Shown piece by piece: positions 40,401 through 49,600 of a DNA stretch of 64,000 nt. The position numbers and the translations under genes were made by a program. Source of the DNA: Octopus bimaculoides (taxonomy: Eukaryota); assembly GCF_001194135.2 (NCBI RefSeq), contig NC_068998.1, forward strand, positions 54,684,159-54,748,158, in the 5' to 3' direction. The notes below the pieces were generated by a model. It saw nothing but the letters and a program-made list of their open reading frames with translations, had not been told where the DNA came from and ran no database searches. Each line of letters starts with the position of its first letter. Positions within the stretch are counted from its first letter, which is position 1.

Positions 40401-43400
40401 TACATTTCATTTTGATAGATATCCTCTAATAGCTGAAATCTCTCTTTGTTTCTCTTCACCTCAACAATTTTACCTTTTTATTTCCATTTTACAGAATTCT
40501 TTCCTTTTTTTTTTATTGCAGTCTTTTACATTTCTCTGACTCTTCTTGTCTATTTGGCTCTTTTTTTTTAATTTCTTTTTCTTTTTTTTTTGGCTTAAGC
40601 AAATTCTATAGGGCTGGTCATTTTGTGTTGCTGCCCCCTCTGTATTCCCCACAAATGCTGTTGGTCAAGTGCTTCCTATTTCCCATGAGTAGGAAGCTGT
40701 TTTATGCACCACCTGCATCGGTTTCATTGCAGATGCAGTCATGGAAGCCATGTGCACGGAAAGCAATTAAATGTTTCAGTGAACCAACATCAATCTAGAA
40801 GGAATATGTCAATGATCCTTTTGTAAGAATGTAGGAATTCCACAGAGTTTGTTTGTTGTGGTTACAAAAATGTTCAACAGCGTGGAATCTAATTTTGCAT
40901 CAGAGACAATTACCAAAGACTGACCCACTCTCCTAGACACATCAATTAATATAACTAGTGACAACGTGATTACTATAATTGCTGTACTAATAATCATGTA
41001 GTTATCTAAAAACCATTGTAATATTAGCCGTGGTGGAGCTCGGCTGAAAATATTTATATACACAGAACACCTACATAGAGATAATAGTATTTACCTCAAC
41101 TGTGGGACGTACAAAAAACCCACACAATATTTATTTCACCATCATCATCATTTTACTTCAGTTTTCTTTGCTGGTATGGGTTGGATAGGTTACTGCAGTG
41201 TCTGAGTCGGTTCTTATTTAGAATTACTGCTTTCCCAGATGGGTCAGAGGGGAAACACCTTTATCTTTCATCTTTCTCTTGGTTTTTATGCCTCAATGCC
41301 CTTCTGGTCACCATCCACTTTATAAAACGTACTGGGTGCATTTTATTGTGGCTATTGACAGTAGAGAGGATGCTATATTCTTATTGAAATATATAGAGAA
41401 AAACATCGACACACAGGGAAATAGTAATTTATCTCAGCACTTAAATATATTGAAAAACCTACAAAAAGAGAAGAGTATTTATCTCACTGCTAAAATATAG
41501 AGAAAAAAACCCTTTAAGATAATAGTATTTATCTTACCAGTAAAATATACAGAAAACCTGCATATAAATATCTTTACACTGAAATTTTCTTTAGAGGTTG
41601 AAAACTTGGAATAATTTCAACATTTATGTATAGAATAAGAGAAAGTATTTATCTAAAAGAAAAAAAAAGAAAAAAGGAAGTAAAATAAATAATAGAAAAT
41701 GAATGAGAGATGTGAATATCAAAAGTCTACGTTTGTTAAAGAGTCTTTTTATAGAGAAATAAAATAAAATATCAACAAAAAGTCACATGAAGTTTCTGGA
41801 GGGAGTTAATTGTTAACTTGGATGATTTTTTTCATGGTGTGAAACAGATGGTGAGAGATAATTCCCCTGTTGGTAACATTCTCAACTGATGATGGCCATA
41901 ACAGCTGAACTGGGATAATGTTGAGTAAAATGTCCCACTCACAAATAAAATGAACTTCTTGAGACAGATTTGAACTTGTCACCTTTACACATACACTTTG
42001 TTAAATTGTCTCTTATTTTTTTTTATTACTTTTTCCTTAAACAGGTTATTTGTTGTGGCCATCGCCGGATGAAAACAACATTCGTTCAAAAATGGTTCCC
42101 TCCCCACCACACAGTTGGTGAGTGCTTTTTTTTTCTCATGTTTCTGAGTAAAAAATGCCTTAATTGTTTATATTATTTGCTTGTTAGAGTGAAACACAAT
42201 TAACTATATTGGTAGACTTAAATGTTTTATACTTTAACTAAGATGGGAAGGTATGGGCCCTTAAATAAGGACCAAATGGGGAGAGGTGCAGCATCTACCT
42301 TATACATCAAAATCAGCAACTCAGTTTTTGAATCCATAAGGAACAGACACACTACACACACACATACATGCACAAACTCTGTTATATATTTANNNNNNNN
42401 NNTATATATATAAAGAGAGAGAGAGAGAGAGAGAGCAGCTATATCTTGAAATAAACCATTTTCATTACACAAAGCTGTTAGATTCAGTTTCAATTTGAAG
42501 TGAATTTAAGAACTTTGGCTGTTGTTGCACATCTCTTGTACAATGTTGTTGCTTCAGTTTCACCACACAGTCTCACACCAAACCATTTTCTAGACTTGTA
42601 CAACTCCAAGGTGTGTGAATGCATTTCAAATGGGGTCCTTCTTGACCCTCTGATTGGCCTCTCAGAAGCTGCGATACATAAACAGGTACCTACCATGAGA
42701 ATTAGGGTACAGTTTTTATAACAGTTTGAGAGGTACCTTCCATGGATGAAGATAGTGTCAGTATAAATGTAAGGTGGTATCTTTTTGTGTGTGTGTGTCC
42801 ATGTCAGTTAACCAGTGTCATGATTATAGAGTGCTCTCTTATGTCTCATCACATAGCAATTAGACAAATAGAGATTGATGAGATGATTGCCAAACTGAAA
42901 TATGTACTGTGATCCATACAATCCACTAAAACTTTCCTAAATGGTGCTCCTGTATGGCCACAGTCACTGACCAAAACCAGTGAAGCACTAAAGTAATTAC
43001 ACCCAATAATTAGCTTCATATTGGTAATTGCTGTAAGCTTTATTAATTGTAATTATTATTTTGTTTGTTTGTTTTTTTTATTGTAAAAGCCTTGAAGAAG
43101 ACAATCCTTTCCAACAGTTTATTAGAATCGACAAAAGGTAACTTTGAGAAAGAAATAACAGATTTGCCTTATTGGATCAAAAGTGCTGCCAAGTTATTAA
43201 ATAATGGAGTGGAAAACCTAGACTGGGTCTGTTTAGCCAATTATTTGGGTAAGAACACAAGAGAAAATTATTATTGTTGTTGGATGTGTCTGATACTTGG
43301 AGAAAAATTTGATTTCTTCTGCTCTGTAATCGATTGCCTAACTTCAGTTTGCTACATGTTCACTACCACATGGTTACTTGTGAGTAGATTTGGTAATCAG

Positions 43401-45087
43401 AAATTGACTGAAGCCTGCCATGTATATATATCGGTGTGTGTGTCCTTGTTTTGGTTTTACATGTTTGTTGTAAATGAATGTCATTCATTTCCAATCTTCT
43501 GCAAAAGCATGTCTGACCATGAATCTAGCATCCCCACCCAGCTCAAAACAATATCTGTTTATCGTGATTTCTGGGTTATTTCCCATCATCAGCACAGAAT
43601 AATTGTTCGGCTAGAGGTGGTGCTGCCAAATTCCCATTCGAAATATATAGTTTTCAAAGTGACAACAAGTCACTGATCTATAAATTAGAAAATTACTATT
43701 TTTAAATCTCACAACGAGAGATATTAGCAACAGTACTTTGGAGTAAAGATTGTTTGCCTTGTTTGAAAATATAAGGACACAGATCGTGTCGTATAACCAG
43801 CTGGAGACGATGTCTCCTGGGGCTAAATTACAGCAACATTCGTCCTAAACCAGGACTGCCATGTTATGTTGGCAAACAATCTTTACTACAAAGTATTGTT
43901 GCTGAATATCTCTTGTTGTGAGATGTACAAATAGTAATTTTCTAACAGTGAATGTCGTTTTTATGGGTTTAAATATTCCTCAAGCATCTTTGAATTGGTA
44001 ACGAATTTGTATTTGTACCTGTTACTGATTAGTGCAGTCACCCTGTATTATATAATTAGTATTGTAATTGAACATTTTATATTAAGTGTAAAAAAAAAAA
44101 TGCTCTTAAATTCACAGTCTCCTAAATTTGTTGTCAATTCAGGTTATAAGAAACCGAAAATCGATAAATTTAATAATGATTTAAATCCATCACTTGCTCT
44201 GCTCACTGACTGGATTCTTGGCAGCGGCAACACACAGGTGTCTGTGGATGTATTGCACACTTTCTTGGAGAAAATGTCCAGGTATGACATCATAGATCTT
44301 CTGAAACAAAGCAGAGGTAAGTACAAAAAAAAAAAAGATAAAGAAGATAAAATTTTTAAAATAAGTAAATAAAATGTAAATAAATAAAGGTATTGTTTTG
44401 ATAATGTGATAATATATTTAATTAAATCTTTCAAAGTAGCAGATTAGCAAAATCATGTCAGGACCTTTAGATTAAATGCATTTATTTGATTAGGCTCTGT
44501 GTATACTTTGGAAGCAGCAGTAGTAGTAGTAGTAGTAGTAGTGGTAGTTTACTGTTCTTCTCTTACCCCTCCCCCCTTCTGATGAGGTCAATTGTCTAAA
44601 AAAATTATAATTATATTAACGATTGCTAATTTCTGTCATTTAGATAATTTACAATAGCAAATGTGTTTTGCTTTTCCAGAACAATCCCACTGCCCACAAG
44701 TGTTTATCAGTTACCAGTGGGACAGTCAAGATGCAGTGAAGGCCCTGTGGGACAGGCTGGAAAGAGCCGGAATCTCTTGTTGGATGGACATTGGCCAGAT
44801 GGGTGGTGGTGACCAGCTCTATAACAAGATTGAACAAGGAATTCGGAATTGCAAGGTGAGACACATCTACTTGGCATTTTGAATTGTGTGTATGTTGCGG
44901 GGAGGCCAATATCCATAACGTACCTCTCCTCCAAATTTCAAGACTTCAGCTTTTGTTAGAAACAATTATTTGGGGCAGACGACTGGATAATGCTTTGGCA
45001 GGATTCCTGGAGCAGCAGATGAAATGCCTTCTGCTATATAAACAGCATTTGTTCATCCTTTCGGGGTCGATAAATTATAGTGGAAGG

Positions 45088-45143
<56 letters not shown>

Positions 45144-46620
45144 CATCATTATTACTAACAAATTCCATCTGACCCATGCAAGTATGGAAAAGTGAACGTT
45201 AAAAGCAGACATTAAATGATGATGATGATGATAATGATGTTCCTGGTGGAGTGGAATTGGTAAGTTTTGAAAGAGATTTACTTAGAAGTGGAGAGTCAAG
45301 TGCAAAGCAATCTTTGCATGGAGATGCTTCCAGAACGATCATGTTTGAGAAGTGGGAAAATGGACGATTCTGTTTTGTTGCTAACGAAGAATCTAACTTT
45401 GATTGCTTTGAAATTGAATTCAGTTTAATTCTTTTAAGTTGTAATTAATAATCTTTCGTTATTAATTGATAATTTCATAATTGTGCTTAATCTGAAATGT
45501 TCTTTGATATCTTCTTTATATTCCGTTTGCTTCCATGGCTCTTTTAATGATGTTCTACTCATATGTGTTATGGATGCAAGCACTTAGCTTATGCCACAAC
45601 CATTTGTGTAATTTATCTTCGTTAATAAATGTGTTCAACTTGACGACTCATTTAATTGTCAAACTCCATATTCCTTGACTTTTTGAGTCTTGTCTTCTTT
45701 TTACCTTTTATCTTTTACTTGTTTCAGTCATTGGGCTGTGGCTATGCTGGAGCACCACCTTGAAGGGTTTCTTTTAAAGCCTGGTACTTATTCTGTTGCT
45801 CTCTTTTGTCAAAACTCTAAGTTACAGAACGTAAACAAACCAACACCAGTAGTGGGGGAACAACAACAACAAAGAGACATACACAAAACACACATATATA
45901 TATGAAAGGCTTCTTTCAGTTTCCATGAACCAAATTCACTCTTGAGGCATTGGGTAATCCTGGGCTATAATAGAAGACATTTGCCCCAAGTACTACACAG
46001 TGGGACTGAACCTAAAACCGCATGGTTACTAAGTAAGCTTTTTAACCACATAATAGATTTCGTTAATAATAATTTTACATCCAGTTTTCCTTGCAAGCCA
46101 TCAGATGCAACTTGTGCATTATGTGAAAATAGTGCACTATGTTGCACTAATGATTATCTCACTTCTTAAATAAACTAATATTGACCAATAACTTACATTG
46201 TTTCAATGTCCTCTCCGTCGTTGCATAATTATCTAAGAGTGACAATATTCTCTCCTCTGCCTTTCATTCTTTTAGAATTAATTCCTGGAATCAATTTAAT
46301 AATCCTATAAAGCATTTCTTACATCTCAACATAATTTTAATTAGAAGACTAACTATTGTTTTTTCAAGCAGATGGCTTCCCTGAGTAACTTGACAGTACA
46401 GTCTGCTATTTTGCTCCCAAGACACTATCTTCGAATTCTGCTCTCAGTGAACTCTTTACAAGATATACCAATATTTACTGTTTATTTTATTCCATTGGGT
46501 TTTTTTTTTTCATAAAGTAAATATATTTGCTTCTTGCAAGTCTCTTTGTTTTTTGTTTTTGTTTTTCTTTCATTGTTAACCAGTGACCTTTGGTGTCTTG
46601 GTGTTGTATAAGTAGCAGAA

Positions 46621-46658
<38 letters not shown>

Positions 46659-49600
46659 CCATGCCAGCATGGTAAATGTGTGTGAAATGCTGGTGGTGCA
46701 CGTGTGTGTGTGTGTACACACATGACCCATACCAGCATGGAAAGCTGACATTAAATGCTGGTTTTATATATATATATATGTATATATATATATTGTAAAT
46801 AGGTGCATCTCAGAACTGATTTTATATCTATAAAGATAAACTTTGACATTCAGCAGAAAATATCTTTTCGAGTTTAACTCTCACTTGCTATAAAAAAAAC
46901 AACAATTCCAGAAAATACACACAAATACAAGAACTTCACCAATTTCTCTGCTAAGCAGTCACAAGAGGTTACCTTCCTCCAAAACATTTCCAAAAGCACA
47001 TGCAGATATTTGAAATGAAGACACCCACAATCCAACTGAAGACGAAAGAAAAGTGAAGGTCATGGTTAGAATAGCTTTAGCCCTAGGTCTGCTCAATCTG
47101 GGTAGAGTTGGTGAAAAATGACAATCACAATCCAGTTACTCTTTCAAGAAATTCTGATCTTCCATATTATTTACACCTGAAAAATTTTGTGTTTTTCTAT
47201 TTGCATACTCTAAGGCATTATTAAAATAATAGTCTTAAATATTTGTGTGTGTGTGTGTGTGTGTGACTGGAATAAAACCAAAAAAGAAAAACCTAAATAG
47301 TAAGTTTTCCATGTTCAGAATCTGATTAGTTTAATGCAGCTACTTCTATTGAACAGATTTTAATGGATGCTCTTCCTCCTCCTCCTCCTCCGTTATCTCA
47401 TTCATACACTTCTTCGTTCTCTTTCCTTCTCCTGATTACTTTAATCCGTGCTGTTCAACGAAGATTGTATAACAATAGCATATTAACCTTCCCCCCCCCC
47501 CATTTGTTATTATCACATTGTCTTCTCGTCACAACCTTCTCTCATGGAAAAAGAAATAAAAATTAAAAAATTGATTCGTTTCTATTGGAATCGTTTACTG
47601 GGTTCTAGCTGAACACAAATCATCGTTCTATTATATTCCCATCCAGCTCATTATATCGACAGCATTGCTTTCTTGTCTTTGTGTGTGTTGCTTCCTTTTG
47701 TAGACCATGTTACGTTACTGAAAAATATCAAACGTCTGAAGCATGCCTCACACAACCTGCCGCCATTTACTTCTGATATCATTAGAGACAAGCATCATAC
47801 GCAAACGCCTTGCCACTTTCCTAGCAAATCTCAGACCCTGTGCCAATGTAACAAATTGATATTTGTGGAATTCAATGAGTTTCCTTCATCAAAAGAACTT
47901 TCACTATAGTTTCTTCCCTTCTGCTAAAATTCAATAGAAATCTCCAATGTCCGTTGTGTCAGTCTTTATATCACTGTGTCACTTCTTTCATTTCTCATAC
48001 GGCTCTTCACAATAGTTATTTACTTTGGTACGACACACATTTAAAGACAACCAATACAAACTGTTCAATTGTTCTCAAGACATTTCAGTAATTTCTTTAT
48101 CAAAATCCCTCAACAGTTGAAATACAAAGTCAACAAAAGTGGGATTTCAACCACAAATTGAAGCTAAATTTACTCCACTATTCTGTAATGATGATGATGA
48201 TGATGATGGTTACAGTTTTTACTTCTTCGTTGCTCTCATAATAGAGATATTTCTCTTTTATATATATAAAAAAATTGTGTTCCCCTCCCCCCTCCTGCAA
48301 TTGACCCCAAATAGTTTTCCCTTTTGTTTTTTCTGTCTCTGCCAACAATTATTAATTTTACTGTTTATTTCAGTTTTTCATCATTTTTTTTCTTAAATAC
48401 CACATTCCTCTTACCTTCTCTGCCACTTCCTCCTCCTTCCCTCTATGCTTTCCTCTCACCCCCCCCCCACTATCCCCATGTCACTACACTCCCATCCTTG
48501 CTCACCTCTACACACTTCCCATCTTACATTGATACCCTGCACACACCACTTCACCCCTTCCTATCCCCCTTCATAGAACCATATACCCATCTGGCCCCAA
48601 ATCCCTTCTTTCTCCAACTCCCTTTTCTCATTTTATTTTATTTTTTCAACCACTTTTCCTCTTTTTATTTTTATTTTCACTTTTTCTTCTGATGAGGGAC
48701 TTGTGTCCAAAATATCAAGACTCTTTCCCTTTTTTTTTAAGCATTAAACTAATACATTTGTTAAAACTTGTCCATCCTGTGTTGTCTTCGATTTTTTGTG
48801 CTCACTGCTGCCTTCTGCATTCATACAACCCACCTGCAATTACTGAGACCAAGTTATTTGTTCGTTAAGAGAGGACATTACTTTTTTAAGGCCAATACTC
48901 TCTCTTCCCAGTGATTTGCAGAAGATTTATACAGGACTCACCTCAAATGTCTTTAAAAGACATTATAAACAGGTTTGTTTTATGAGTCTATGAACCTCTC
49001 TAAGTCGCATGGAGCCAGGTCAAACTGCTATCAAATATATTATGTGTGTGTGTGTTTTAAGTGGCTGTCATGACTTTCTTCTCTCATTTCATTTTAGATT
49101 ATATTGGCCTGCGTTACACCCAAGTATGTCATATCTCATCTCTGCAACCGCGAACTGAGCTTAGCTGATGGTCTGCGGAAACCTATCCTCCCTGTGATGT
49201 TTGAAAGTATCGTCTGGCCTCCACCGGGTGGCATGGCACTCATCTTTTCCAACCTTGTATATATTGACATGAATGGTTAGTTTAATTATCAATTAGTATG
49301 GTTTATAATTTGGTGGCGGTGGTGGGGGAGTGAAAAACGAAATGCTGGGCTCAGTCAAAGTCAAGTGACCCACTTTAGATGCATCTAAAGTAGAAGCCAA
49401 TGAAAGAGGATGATGTTTAGCTCTCTCCCTCTATGTCTTAATGCAAATACATTGTGGAAAGGCAAATTAATTGCAGCATTTGTTAGGATGTCATATCTTT
49501 TACGGACACGCTCTTTATAAAAACAAATCTATATCAGTAGTAGACAAAACATGTCCGGCAGTGGCAGTGAGAATGGTAAATGTGCATTCCTGCCTGTTTT

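Noticed and set aside
47560-48020. Possible decayed piggyBac-like transposase on the minus strand
   Set aside because: Only a vague YN..MG.+D-like resemblance requiring several frameshifts.
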